A stretch of DNA of 64,000 bases from Leucoraja ocellata (taxonomy: Eukaryota): positions 868,001 to 932,000 of the forward strand of contig JAWMAR010000471.1 of NCBI GenBank assembly GCA_036785375.1, written 5' to 3'. A model generated the notes under the pieces. The model made no database searches. It was given only the letters and a program-made list of their open reading frames with translations, and was not told the DNA's origin. The position numbers and the translations under genes were made by a program. Shown one piece after another: positions 1-12,407 of the stretch (the stretch's first letter is position 1; the number at the start of each line of letters is the position of its first letter).

Positions 1-667
1 CTTCGAGTTGAGTGATGGATGGTCATATATTGTTATTTTGCTCGCTTTCCTAAATTGTGAAATGGACGGAGATTTCCTTTGGTTTGAATGTAATCCCTGA
101 TACTGCGCTCACGAACAAACATTCCACCTAACAGTGAATTAATCTACTGAGAAACAGTTTGAACGGAAGCGTAGAGTGAACAATACGACTGAAGTTGGTG
201 TTAATCGGGTGCACATTTCGGATCAGCATTTGCTTATTGGTTTGCAACATTTGCAGGGGGCGGTGTACAGTGGAGAATACCTGCACGCGATGCGGCGATC
301 GTTGAAGAAAGTCCACAATGAAAATTAATAGAAGCCATTAAAAGGGAGAACATATGGAAACAAAGATAGAGCGGGAAATACAATCGCCCGAGGTTTAAGC
401 ACATACAGCCTTTGTCGCTCAACCTACTTTGGCTGTTACTTCACTTAACAATATTGCAAGGATCATTCTAAACGCCAAACGGTGAAATGCAATGAAACCA
501 TACAATAACTATATTATCTTCTGGTTATTTCCCCCAAACCCCATTCCCTGAATGCAGCCGAGTGTCCAGTACATGTTGTCACATTATTTTAACTTAATCT
601 TCAACATTACCGCTTCCCAATCAATTGGCGTCACGGTTATCCCACATACAGCCGTCAAGAGACATAC

Positions 668-734
668 CGGGTACTCCAATTGATGCCAGGATTGGGTAAT
701 AATAATATTCAACCGACATGTGCATCCGACCCAT
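668..734 (-). CDS. GPR139-like GPCR, exon 1 (exon 2 predicted just left of the window)
   Basis: ATG at 734 gives MGRMHMSVEYYYYPILASIGVP+G, then a GTATGT donor. Identical to exon 1 of the intact gene at 25933-25999. Confidence 0.85.
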
Positions 735-1702
735 TTCTCCTTCAAAGCGACCTCGGAAACTCAGTACACAGCTTACAGATGTTATAGTGGGAGGTTAAAC
801 CGCTTGACATTTATAACCCAAGAAGAAGATTCACGAGTTATTGTGATAACCTCCCTGTGGACATTCATTACGGATTTTGCTCCCGTGTGATGTTATACGA
901 CAACAATCACGAGGGTGGTCGTTCGCTGCACATGCACCAATTGAGCGCGTACAGAACTAACACACTGTAAAGTAGGATTGCGAAAAATATTTCGCAATTT
1001 AAATATGTTCCACGGAGGTTGCAGCTGCAGAAAGGTCCGACAGAAATATCAGTCAACAACACACGATCCAATGAGGAACTGCAGATGCTGGTTTAAACAG
1101 AAGGTAGACACAAAAAGCCGGACTAACTCAGCGGGACCGACAGCATCTTTGGAGAGAAATAAATGGTTGGCGGTTCGGGTCAAGACCTTCTTCACTGTGA
1201 AGAAGGGTCTCGAACCGAAACGTCACTCCAGCTTTTTCTGTCTATCGTTTGTTTATTCGGAAAACTTGAACTACAGTTCCCAGACACTGACCCAATCCCT
1301 TTAAATTTACCACTATCGATTTCTTCCCAGGTGCTTCCAGTGGGCCCTGTTGAAACATACATTAGAAAGGTTCGTGTGTGTGTTCTTATTTACATTCTTC
1401 ACGGGGAAAGATCAGGGGGAAACCTATGCCCTCTGGTCCTCGATGCACCTACTCTGGAAAGAGACTCGGCATCGTCCCGACCTTATCCTCTATAGTTTGT
1501 ACATCTCGATAAGAACACCCCTCATCCTGCTACACTTCGTGGATAGAGACCCAGCCTACAGAACCTCTCCTCATTACTCATACCCTCTCGTCCTGGAAAC
1601 ATGCTCGTATATCTTTTCTGAACCTTTTCAAGCTTGTCAATATCTTTCCTATAACATGGTGTCCAGAACTTAACAAAAATATTACTGTGCTGTCATTGAT
1701 TG

Positions 1703-2140
1703 TTGGTCTGCACAGTGCTTGAACTGAATTATAGGTCTGCACTGTGCTTGAACTGATTTATTGGTCAGTTCTACTGTACTTGAACAGAATTATTGGTCTG
1801 CACTGTGCTTGAAGTTAACTATTGGTCTGCACTGTGCTTGAACATAAGTGTTGGTCTGCACTGTGCTTGAACTGTATTGTTGATCTGCACTGTGCCGGAA
1901 CAGAATTGTAGGTCTGCACTGTGCTTGATCTGAATTGTTGTTGTACACTGTGCTTGAACTGAATTGTTGGTCTACAATGTGCTTGAACACAATTGTTTGT
2001 TTGCAATGTGCTTGAAATTAATTGTTGGTCTGCACTGTGCTTGAAATGAAATATTGGTCTGCACTGTACTTTAACTTGACTGTTGGTCTGCACAGTGCTG
2101 GAACTGATTTATTGGGGTGCACGGTGCTTGAACTGAAATG
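1703..2140. repeat. 29-bp minisatellite, about 15 units
   Basis: Consensus TGGTCTGCACTGTGCTTGAACTGAATTGT repeated in tandem. Confidence 0.95.
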
Positions 2141-3399
2141 TCTTCACTGACCGGTTGCTGGCTATTCAGAACAAATTGACCTCATGCCGTCGGCCAAGGC
2201 CCAGCCACGGGTTGTCCAAGTGGATTCACTACAGCGTTTTAATGTTTGCATAAATATTCGAGCATATGTAGTCTTTTGTATCTCAGCGATTTGCAAGACG
2301 TATTGTTTCATGTATTGTTGGTTTAGTTAACTTTCCCTGTGTGAAATATACTCGTTTTACCGTTTTAATCTTGTAATCACTGCAACAGATGCGAAGCATG
2401 TTTTGAGTGTGGCCCAAATCCAGCACGTGCACCCAAGTGGTCAAGCAGAACCTCCGAAATGAAGAAGGACGGATGGAGGAATTTGCATTTAGAGTCGGAT
2501 TATTCTGGAGATGGTCAGCAGGTCTCGGGGCATTGGCGGAATAAAATATAATCATTCATCTTTGATCTCCTCTCAGGGATTCGGATTTCCGTAAAAAACC
2601 GCAGTTTGACCGCGGGGAACAATGGAGGAAGAGACTGACTTTGGTGCCTTCCCACACAGTGGGAAACATTGATTCTGCTGTGTGGGGATGTTTTATGTCA
2701 AACCCTATAGTGTGTTGTGTCCCTTTTTTTATTGTATGGCTGTATGGGAATTTCATTTCACTGTGCCATCTGGCACATGTGATGAATAAATCTATCTTGT
2801 ATCTTGTATCTTGTTCAGTATCGCATCGATCTACTCTGCTCCATTGAAGCCTCGCGTCTCTCCACTATTTCATTCTATACTCCAGTGTCTCTTCTACGCT
2901 TTCCATTTTACGACGCGTCTCCTTGTAATGGCGTGAGAGGATCAGGGCGGAATATGTAAAGAGTCCGCTGCGAGTGTGTTAACAATTCTGGCATAACTTC
3001 TTTGTACTTCGCTTTTGTACTGTGGGCCCTTTAGCAGAAGTGATTTCAACAACCATTCGCCACTAGCCGCTTCATGACATACCATATCGGAAGACAAAAT
3101 ACCTGCTGACGGTATAAATTTTATTGGGGGTTCTGATCCTATGTCCGTTTATGTACGTACCCGTGCCTTACGATGCCTGCGTTAGATATGCATGTTCACA
3201 CACTTCTACCAAACTCCCATCTAAATCGTTGCTGTCAGACGTGCTCGTGCCATCCGAGGTACCGACGAAATACCATTCTACCTTTCTAAGCACCATTTGG
3301 GACGACGAGTGAGCTAACCGTCCGTTGTCAGCTCCCAATCGAATCTCGATTGTAACCATCTAGGCTATTTCAGTCGCATTTTGGAGACTTATTACAAGG

Positions 3400-3812
3400 C
3401 ACGGCTTGTACTCGCTAGAATTTAGAAGATTGAGGAGGGGTCTTATAAAAACGTACACAATTCTTAAGGGGTTGGACAGGCCAGATGCAGGAAGATTGTT
3501 CCCGATGTTGGGGAAGTCCAGAACCAGGGGTCACGCTTTACGGATAAGGGGGAAATATTTTAGGACCGAGGTGAGAAAAACATTTTTCACACAGAGAGTG
3601 GTGAATATCTGGAATTCTCTGCCACAAAGGTAGTTCATTGGCTATATTTAAGAGGGAGTTTGATGTGGCCCTTGTGGCTAAAGGGATCTGGGGGTATGGA
3701 GAGAAGGCAGGTACAGGATACGGAGTTGGATGATCAGCCACGATCACATTGAATGGCGGTGCAGGCTCGAAGGGCTGAATGGCCTACTCCTGCACCTATT
3801 TTCTATGTGTCT
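3400..3812 (+). mobile_element. CR1 LINE 3' fragment
   Basis: ORF2 C-terminus YSLEFRRLR...RTRGH...FFTQRVVNIWNSLP and a CR1 3' UTR ending cctattttctatg. Confidence 0.9.
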
Positions 3813-4528
3813 GAGTTATTCAACCTGATCAAAATATCTGGCTACAGTGATTTTCTTACCGTCGTTAAATTGTTAGGTTAGAATATGGAATTTCGAATGA
3901 AGCACAGATGGATGAGTGAATTATCCAGCATGATAATCATGAAATAAATGTATACCCTTTAATAAAACGTTAACACAAATACTTAGTACAGTAAAGAACC
4001 AACTGCCTCAAACTCTCCTTCGGTAAAACCATCGGGTTTTGTTTCATTGTCTGCTTTGATCAGTTTGTGCCTCAAGAAAACAGCCATCTCAGTGGATGCA
4101 GGAGTACATTCCGTTCTCAATAAGTAGTTAATAAACTCTGAGTTTGACAGCAAGACTCATGGTTAACTCAGAAGCATCTACATTCCTTTTGTTTGCATCG
4201 GCCTCCTTTCTGTTTCTCTAACGAGAATACATTAAGAGGTATTTATTCCCTCATTGCACGAACGTTTCCCTTTTGCGAAGCAGTGGGTCTCCTAAATGAA
4301 CAAGTTTGACTTCAATTTACTTTCAATGGAGAATTGTTTTTTTTTCCAGATAGCTCGCCGAAAGCATGCAGTAACTACCAGAAATAGACAGAATCAATAC
4401 ACCGAGTGAATTCTTCTCTGACTGCGTCTCCCACCCGCACGCAAGCTGCGAATTTCGCGGCCGCTGCCCAAGCCGCAATGAACGACATCCATCCACGAGA
4501 CAGCAGCTGTGCGCTTGAAATTCTCACC

Positions 4529-4567
4529 AGTTATTGTACGGGTATGTACACCATTCTCATCACTGTG
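4529..4567 (-). other. 23-bp-spacer recombination signal sequence (RSS) of V copy A
   Basis: Minus strand reads CACAGTG + atgagaatggtgtacatacccgt (23 nt) + ACAATAACT. Confidence 0.95.
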
Positions 4568-4869
4568 TTTCACTGCGCAGTAATAAACTGCCGTATCAGT
4601 CAGACGCAGTGCCGAGATTGTCAATCGATATTTTTTCTCCGACTGCTGGACTGAGTCCGAAAAACGATTTTGAGCGAATTCAGCCTTCAGCTCAGAGCCA
4701 CCGTCAGTGAATCGCCGGACCGCAAACTCGGGGTGCCCGCCAGGATACTGCCGATACCAGTATAAGAAATAATTATCCTTAGTATAGGTACATGTGAAAG
4801 TGGCGCTTTGACCCTCCGTATGTGCGAGCGGACCCTGCTCTTGGTTGACGGAATCTGAATGAACCAGAC
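4568..4869 (-). CDS. TCR alpha/delta V exon, copy A (open)
   Basis: After a tttccag acceptor: GLVHSDSVNQEQGPLAHTEGQSATFTCTYTKDNYFLYWYRQYPGGHPEFAVRRFTDGGSELKAEFAQNRFSDSVQQSEKKYRLTISALRLTDTAVYYCAVK. Has the canonical Cys, WYRQ and DTAVYYC, followed by a 23-RSS. Confidence 0.93.
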
Positions 4870-5159
4870 CTGGAAAACATTAGAGCGAGTGAAGAATTAA
4901 TGATACAAAGTAAACGCAAACGACTTTGGGACTCTTCAACACAATTAGGCAACAATAAGAGCACACTATTCCTGTCGAAGCAAATTGAGTTTGACCGTCT
5001 GGAAATCCTACATAAATATTCACTATTACCAAAACCAATGCCAATGTTGCATCTCATTCTACGCTTTATTGCCGCTCTCCACTGAAACATGTTTATATGT
5101 TTTGTAATATACTGTGTTGAGTTGCACTTTCATTGGTAAAATCGTTTATATAAACATAT

Positions 5160-5680
5160 ATAAACATATAACAATTACAGCACGGAAAACAGACCATCTC
5201 GGCCATAGCCTTCCATTCCTTTCCCATTCATATACCTATCCAATTTATTTTTAAATGATAAAATCGAACCTGCCTCCACCACTTCCACTGGAAGCTCATT
5301 CCACACAGCTACCACTGTCTGAGTACATAAGTTCCCCCTAATGTTACCCCTAAACTTATGTCCCTTAATTCTCAAGTCATGTCCTCTTGTTTGAATCGTC
5401 CCTACTCTCAATGGGAAACGTTTATCCACGTCAACTCTGTCTATCCCTCTCATCATTTTAAAGACCTCTATCAGGTCCCCCCTTAACCTTCTGCGCTCCA
5501 AGGAATAAAGGCCTAACTTGTTCAACCTTTCTCTGTAACTTAGTTGCTGAGACCCAGGCAACATTCTATTAACTCTCCTCTGTGCTCTCTCTATTTTTTT
5601 GACATCCTCCCTATAATTAGGCCACCAAAATTGTACACCATACTCCAGAATTGGCCTCACCAATTCCTTGTACAATTTAA
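5160..5680 (-). mobile_element. CR1 LINE 3' fragment in V intron
   Basis: ORF 5175..5708 LVRPILEYGVQFW...LYSLERRRLRGDLIEVFK; also present in copy B (30405-30932). Confidence 0.9.
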
Positions 5681-5740
5681 TCCTCTGTATCATTTGTATA
5701 CGTATCATTCATCTATTATGTGACAATTCTTCAGTGGTAC

Positions 5741-6266
5741 ATAGAAACATAGAAACATAGAAATTAGGTGCAGGAGTAGGCCATTCGGCCCTTCGAGCCT
5801 GCACCGCCATTTAATATGATCATGGCTGATCATCCAACTCAGTATCCCGTACCTGCCTTCTCTCCATACCCTCTGATCCCCTTGGCCACAAGGGCCACAT
5901 CTAACTCCCTCTTAAATATAGCCAATGAACTGGCCTCAACTACCCTCTGTGGCAGAGAGTTCCAGAGATTCACCACTCTGTGTGAAAAAAGTTCTCCTCA
6001 TCTCGGTTTTAAAGGATTCCCCCCTTATCCTTAAGCTGTGACCCCTTGTCCTGGACTTCCCCAACATCGGGAACAATTTTCCTGCATCTAGCCTGTCCAA
6101 CCCCTTAAGAATTTTGTAAGTTTCTATAAGATCCCATCTCAATCTCCTAAATTCTAGAGAGTATAAACCAAGTATATCCAGTCTTTCTTCATAAGACAGT
6201 CCTGACATCCCAGGAATCAGTCTGGTGAACCTTCTCTGCACTCCCTCTATGGCAATAATGTCCTTC
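5741..6266 (-). mobile_element. Young CR1 3' insertion present only in duplicate A
   Basis: (CATAGAAA)n tail and ORF2 C-terminus; absent from copy B; flanked by GTAC direct repeats. Confidence 0.92.
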
Positions 6267-6538
6267 GTGTTATGTACGACCGTGTTATGTGTCCTCTGTA
6301 GGAAGTGACTACTTGGCCTTTACTTTCCCGATGACATTCATCTCAAAATATGCTTTTCGCCAAACTATTTTACGAAACTATTAGATCCCATTTCTTAATG
6401 GGGTCGCGGACAACACACGATGTCATATATCAATAACAAGTGAATGACCAAACCGTTCGATGTTTAACTCCTTGGATCTTCATGCAGTCAGGCACTTGCT
6501 CTGGAAATGCAACTGTTTAGAGAAATCGCTCTTCTTAC

Positions 6539-6584
6539 CGACAAAGAATGTCACCCACGCCACCGCATGTAGCAGGAGATGCAT
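6539..6584 (-). CDS. Leader exon of TCR V copy A
   Basis: MHLLLHAVAWVTFFV+G then GTAAGA. Phase 1, joins the V exon in frame (G|GT). Confidence 0.85.
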
Positions 6585-6856
6585 GTTTGATGACCCTGGC
6601 TGCAAGAAATCTGTCTGTCTGAGATACCCGCAGAGCGTCCGTCTGACAGCCCTGCGAGCACTGGCTGACACTGGCATGGCGTCATTTCCTACAGCAAACA
6701 CATCTAAGAGAGCGAAAATGCGGGGTTCGGCGTCACTCTCATAAGTAACGAAACGTGTTTAATGTAGACAACTCAACCTGGATGTGTTGTTATATATGAA
6801 TATGAAAGAGAAGAGAGTTTGAATGCTATCCTACCGATAAATCAATGGGAATACTC

Positions 6857-7240
6857 ATAGAAACATAGAAAACATAGAAAATAGGTGCAGGAGGAGTCCA
6901 TTCGGCCCTTCGAGCCAGCACCGCCATTCATGGGTGATCATGACTGATCGTCCCCCCTATCAATAACCCGTGCCTGCCTTCTCCCCATATCCCTTGACTC
7001 CACTAGCCCTAGAGCTCTATCTCACTCTCGTTTAAATCCATCCAGTGATTAGGCCTCCACTGCCCTCTGTGGCGGGGAATTCCACAAATTCACAACTCTC
7101 TGGGTGAAACAATTTTTTTCTCACCTCAGCCTTATTGTCCTCCCCTTTATTCTAAGACGTTGCCCCCTGGTTCTGGAACTCGCCCAACACTGGGAACATC
7201 TTTCCTGCATCTAGCTTGTCCAGTCATTTTATAATATTAA
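6857..7240 (-). mobile_element. CR1 LINE 3' fragment
   Basis: catagaaacatagaaa tail plus CR1 3' UTR/ORF2 end; duplicated near 31560-31935. Confidence 0.85.
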
Positions 7241-8202
7241 ATTGTTCTCCTGGAGTGTCTCCAACGAGTCACTGTTGAATCTGCATTACCACCAGAGTCG
7301 AGTTGACCTCTACTCACTGCAGGCAGCTCCAGGTGACATTAGTGAGGACCTGAATAATCAATAACCGGGTAGACCCCCCCCCCCCCCCCCCCCTCGAGAG
7401 AGTACGGGCTTTGATTCTCGCCATCCCGCCACACAGTGGACAAACCAAATAAGTAGTGTTAAAATGAGCCTCACTATGGTTTTACTTGCAGTAAAAGAGG
7501 GAAGAATGACTGCTGTTTGTAAGAATGAGGTTTATCACGGTTTCCGCTTGAGTACAAGCATTTACGTTTAGTTTATTTTTAGTGATAGTGCGCGGAAACA
7601 CGCCCATCGGACCACCAAGCCCACGCCCACCAACAATCCCCGCAGCTAAACACTATCCTACGCACGCTTGGGACAATTTACATTCACTTTTTAAATGTTT
7701 TTATTATTCATATTTTATTAGAAGTAATGCACAGTAATATAAACCGTGGCATATAACATAATACATTTCGTGTACAACTTCTTGTTTTAAATTTAACAAT
7801 AGAGGAATAACCGCAGAAAGAGAAAGACAAAATAAAAAAGTAAGGAAATAGTGATGTGTAAACTCCTGGAGTACCACTCCAGGAGTTAACATTTGATAGT
7901 TTGTGGAAGGATTAGAGAGGAAGAACCCATAAAGATGATAAAAAAAACACAACAGAAAATAAAAGGGATATACCTACTTCATATCTTTCCAAACCCCTCG
8001 CCNNNNNNNNNNNNNNNNNNNNNNNNNNNNNNNNNNNNNNNNNNNNNNNNNNNNNNNNNNNNNNNNNNNNNNNNNNNNNNNNNNNNNNNNNNNNNNNNNN
8101 NNNNNNNNNNNNNNNNNNNNNNNNNNNNNNNNNNNNNNNNNNNNNNNNNNNNNNNNNNNNNNNNNNNNNNNNNNNNNNNNNNNNNNNNNNNNNNNNNNNN
8201 NN

Positions 8203-9990
8203 GGTCACTATAACCACCAGCGCGGTTCTCTCAGTGCAGTATCTGGTTCTCAGATTCTGAGTGGAATGGCCACAAAGCGATCAAATGTGAAAGCGACCGT
8301 GAGCCAAACAGAACAGGCAACGGCCGCGGGAGCGAGGAACATAATGGACCTGCACACAGTATTGTGTAGAGGAATGAGTGCCCCCAGTAAAGGTCAGCAA
8401 TCCGATGTAACATCACTTCGCAGACGATCACCGAGAGGTCCACAGTCGCCATGGCCACCAGGTACCGAGTGGTGCATTTGGAGAGACCACAATTTCTGCG
8501 CGACAGGATCACAATTGCCAGCAAGTTCACTGCGGGTGTAGAAAAGAGGAAACTGTAGTTACATGTAAGGGAAACGCGATGCTAATTTGGAGGCGGGGAT
8601 CAATTTAGGGCACGCTTTGCTTATTTGTTCGAAAACAACTGGCCCACATGCAAACCTGGGTGCTTGCCAAGGAGCTGTGCGGATTAATTAGCAGCGGTCT
8701 ACGCAGGTAGCGTGAGCTGTCTCCCAGCCACACTTGTTGCACCGCAGACTCTATATTGCAGCAACATGTCCGCATCAGACGACATCGTCCTGGACCTAAA
8801 CCCTTCCCGGGAACAGCCGGGCAACAAAGGCGTCGAAAGTAAGATTCCCATTTCTCCGCTGGAGAACTTGCCTTCAACACTACTCCCATCCAAACCCATT
8901 GATAAGCTCCACAGCCCAGCGAGCAGCACACCAGCTTGCGAATGGATACTCAACTTCCTAAAGAATAAACCGAGAGAATTAGTGGTAACACCCTTCCACA
9001 ATAATTCTCAACAACGGTGCCGCACAAAGCTTGTTGTGGGGCCATCTATGCCCAATAAAGAATAAATTGCACAGGGTTCTGGAAGACGCCGGGTCCATAT
9101 CACGAAATGGACTCCGCACTGTTGACTGCGTTTGCACTTCACAATCTTTGGAAACGGAGACATGTCTCACCCCGCTCATTCCTTCTACTTCCTGCTCCGT
9201 CGGGCAGAAAATGGAGAAGGCTTAAAGCTCGCTCCACCAGACTCCAGAACAGCTCTTCCCCATCTGTTGTCAGGCTTCTGAGCCGCTCTTCCATATGCCA
9301 GGGCATTGCCGTTTCACCTCTATCCCCTTGCGGACATTGGGCTTTGTGGAAGTGATACGCTGCAGTGCGCTCCCAAACTTGAACTACGCTCTGCACTCCG
9401 ATTTCCCCTCTTACACTACCTGTTACTGAGATTGAATTGTTTGTACTGTTATTTAATTTTATTTGATCTAATTTGGATTTCTTGCAAACCAAAGCTTTTT
9501 GCAGCTCCCGGAGAGACATGACAAACAATGCACCTAAAGCTAAATCTGAAGAGAATTAACCCCGTGCCAGATCCAAGGAACGACCAACGATCAAGTAGAT
9601 TAACAAAGGAATAGGTGACGTTTCGGGTCGAGACCCTTCTTCAGACTGATCAGTCTCGACCCGAAACGTCACCTATTCCTTCGCTTCCTAGATGCCGCTT
9701 CACCCGCTGTCTAATTCTCCAGCATTTTTGTCTAGATTCGATTTCTCCAGCAACTGCAGTAATTTCTTAAACAAACATTTTCTAGTTAATACCGCCCTAA
9801 CCTGAAGAATGCAGTCTAGCATTCCCGTGTTTCGCACACTATTTACACTTTACCTTTAACATTGTTTTTATCAACATATCTCACGTCTCAGTCCCTCTTA
9901 CTGCTTTCCCCTTCACCTACCGGGTACTCCGATTGCTGCCAGAATTGGATAATAGTAATATTCAACTTCCAAGTGCCACTTCCAACTCAT
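8203..9990 (-). pseudogene. GPR139-like GPCR, frameshifted and truncated by a gap
   Basis: Exon 1 9921-9990 MSWKWHLEVEYYYYPILAAIGVP+G|GTAGGT. Exon 2 from 8529: NLLAIVILSRRNCGLSKC...ACSVWLTVAFTFDRFVAI. Two 1-nt deletions (near 8360 and 8265); the rest falls in the N-gap, so the lesions could be assembly errors. Confidence 0.8.
8700..9300 (+). mobile_element. Degenerate Rex/Babar-like LINE in GPCR intron
   Basis: Remnant RT motifs (..CEWILNFL.., KARSTRLQNS) with many indels. Confidence 0.55.
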
Positions 9991-12407
9991 TATTCCTTCA
10001 AGCCGTCCGCAGTTATGCAGTGCAAAACTTAGAGAAGTCAAAGTGGAGAAGTCAAACAGCGCTATATTTATATTCCTGGAAAAAAGTGAAGTACTGCGTG
10101 CGTTCACCTCCCCGCGGACATTTATTTTGGACCGATGAACAAATAGTTTGCTCCCATGTGATGCAAAGCGATCAAACTCATTATGCGACCGCTCCCTACT
10201 CAGGCACCAGCTCAGTACCAACAGAACAAAGGAACTGTAAAATACGACTGCACATTCTATTTTTAAATGTTAACGCGTGGCACACAGATGCAGCAAAATT
10301 CATGTCATGTAGTATTTGTCTACACATGCTGCGATGCAACACAGTATTTCATTTGTGGCATTTGTAATGCATTTTCCAGACACCGTTCCATTCATTTAAC
10401 ATGTACCCATTAATAATTTGATCTTTCAAAAGGAATGATTATTATTTTTGGGCAGGGTCTAAATGATGTAAATCACAGGGAACCTTCCAGAAGACATCGT
10501 ATACATTCAGATATAACAGCAGCATTAATGCCTTTCAACTGTTGGCACCGCATGAAGTAAAGGATAAGCGAATATAATGTGTAACGTGACAACTCACTGG
10601 AAATAAACAGCGGCTAGAAATATTCTTGATCAACAGGTTATCTTTAAAGGAATGTGTTAATTCATAAAACATAGAGGTGACCAGCTTTTGATATTACTCC
10701 AGATATTAGGGCGAAATCTTCTCAATGCATTGATCCGTTGGAGATATCAAGAATGTTGATGTGCAAGATGATAGAACCGATTGAATCCGCTAAGGAGACT
10801 CTGACCGGCGGTACATGTTTTGGGATAGATAATTTTGAAGAAAGTCTTGACCTAAAAACAAGTGTCATGTTTGCTGCACTCAAACTAAGAAATTCAAAGG
10901 AAAAGAAATCTTCACAAAGCAGTACAGCACAGGAACAGGGATATTAATTTTCGAAATAATTAATTAAGGATCCATTTAAACTAGGGAGTATGCAACTCTC
11001 CTCACACTAATATTGGACAGAGCGAATTGTGAGATGGACTGGATGATGCAGAATCTTTTTCCCTCTGCAGCGAACAAAACAGGAGGAATTATGGAGAATT
11101 AAAATATGACAAGGTGATCAATTGAAGTATTATATTTTGTTCCTAAGGTATAGGTCTCTACAATAAGTAAATATTTAAAGGGCACGCAGCGCCAACTTCC
11201 CCTCACGGGAGGGGCAGGTATATTGAACCAACTCTCACTGTAAGTGGTAGTTGCATGTTACACAGCACAGAAACAGGGCCCTTTCTCCATCTTGTTCATG
11301 AACTATTTGCTTACAACCAATGCGAGTAAATTTGAATGTGGATGGTAAGATTTTTTTCCCTCAGCCAGCTGGAGGTGTGGGCTTATTTCACGGCAGGAGT
11401 CGCACGCAGTTGGATATAAGTGGAGTTTAACCACCTGGTCTGGGACGTTGACGAGGCCGCACGTGCAATGTTGTTCAGATCGCAATATGTTAGCGATGAT
11501 ACAATTAAACTGGGGGTGGCAGCGTATTAATGACAAAGTTTTTGCCTGGACTGGTGTGGTGGTTCAATCCTGAGAGAGACTGTATAGGTCAGGATATTTT
11601 ATTTCTCTGGACCGAACGATGTTGTCATTTGACATTTCAAGTTTTGAACGTTTTCACGAGAGACAATATAATCAAGACAGTCGTCGAAATGCCCAATTGT
11701 GTTCCAAATGACGAGGATGAGAGATTTAGTAGAGATGTAGACTCGGATGTTATGTGCAGAAATTTGCGCCTTGCCCCGGCGGAAGGTGATTTGTTGTTCT
11801 TAGATCTTGGCATAAAGTCCTGGTGTCATCCGGCAAGCGCGACCAAACCAGAAGCGTGAGCCGCGCGGAGGTCGAGTCAGTGACACGACGTCGAGGCGGC
11901 TGCGGACCGGCAGCCGCGCGGAATTTTTGAACACGGTCAGTTTTTCGGAGCCCCGCGCGATGTCGGGACCAGCTCCGCACAACTCCATACGCCTCCGGCG
12001 ATCGAAGTGGGACCGGCCATGCGAGGTCGTACGGCTCAAGCGACCACGTTAGGTCGCGCTTGCCGCTTGGAGTCGCATGCTCGTGGGACAGGTCCTTTAC
12101 ACTGCATACACACTTTTTCGCACAGGAAGTGACCGGTATATGGAACGTGCAGCCAGAGGGAGTAGTTGTGGCAGGCACTATGACAGGTACTTTATTGAAA
12201 ACACATGTGGACAGGTATATGGATACGGAAGGCGTATGATACAGACGCGGGAAAATGACACTAGGGGCATCGTGGTCGGCACGAACAAGGGCCCAAAACG
12301 CTGTTACCGTAGGTATCACTCTATGGCTCTCTAACGATGTATCAAGTGCAAATTCATGGCTTGAAATATTAATATTAGTGGATATATCATGTCAGCTGAT
12401 GCAATAA

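Larger units (their letters stand above)
1..8002. repeat. Segmental duplication copy A (GPCR exon 1 + minisatellite + TCR V gene)
   Basis: Collinear with 25266-32707 (position 1 = 25266, cttcgagttgagtg...). The match runs into the N-gap at 8003. Paired ORFs are near-identical (128..316 vs 25393..25581; 5175..5708 vs 30428..30961). Confidence 0.97.

Noticed and set aside
1703-2140. CRISPR-like array
   Set aside because: Eukaryotic context; contiguous tandem units without unique spacers.
5005-5060. Hydrophobic stretch ATLALVLVIVNIY as the V leader
   Set aside because: An in-frame stop precedes it and there is no ATG. The exon at 6539-6584 is a proper phase-1 leader.
12077-12334. 85-aa ORF as a novel gene
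   Set aside because: The nucleotide sequence is a decayed CR1 3' end read out of frame.
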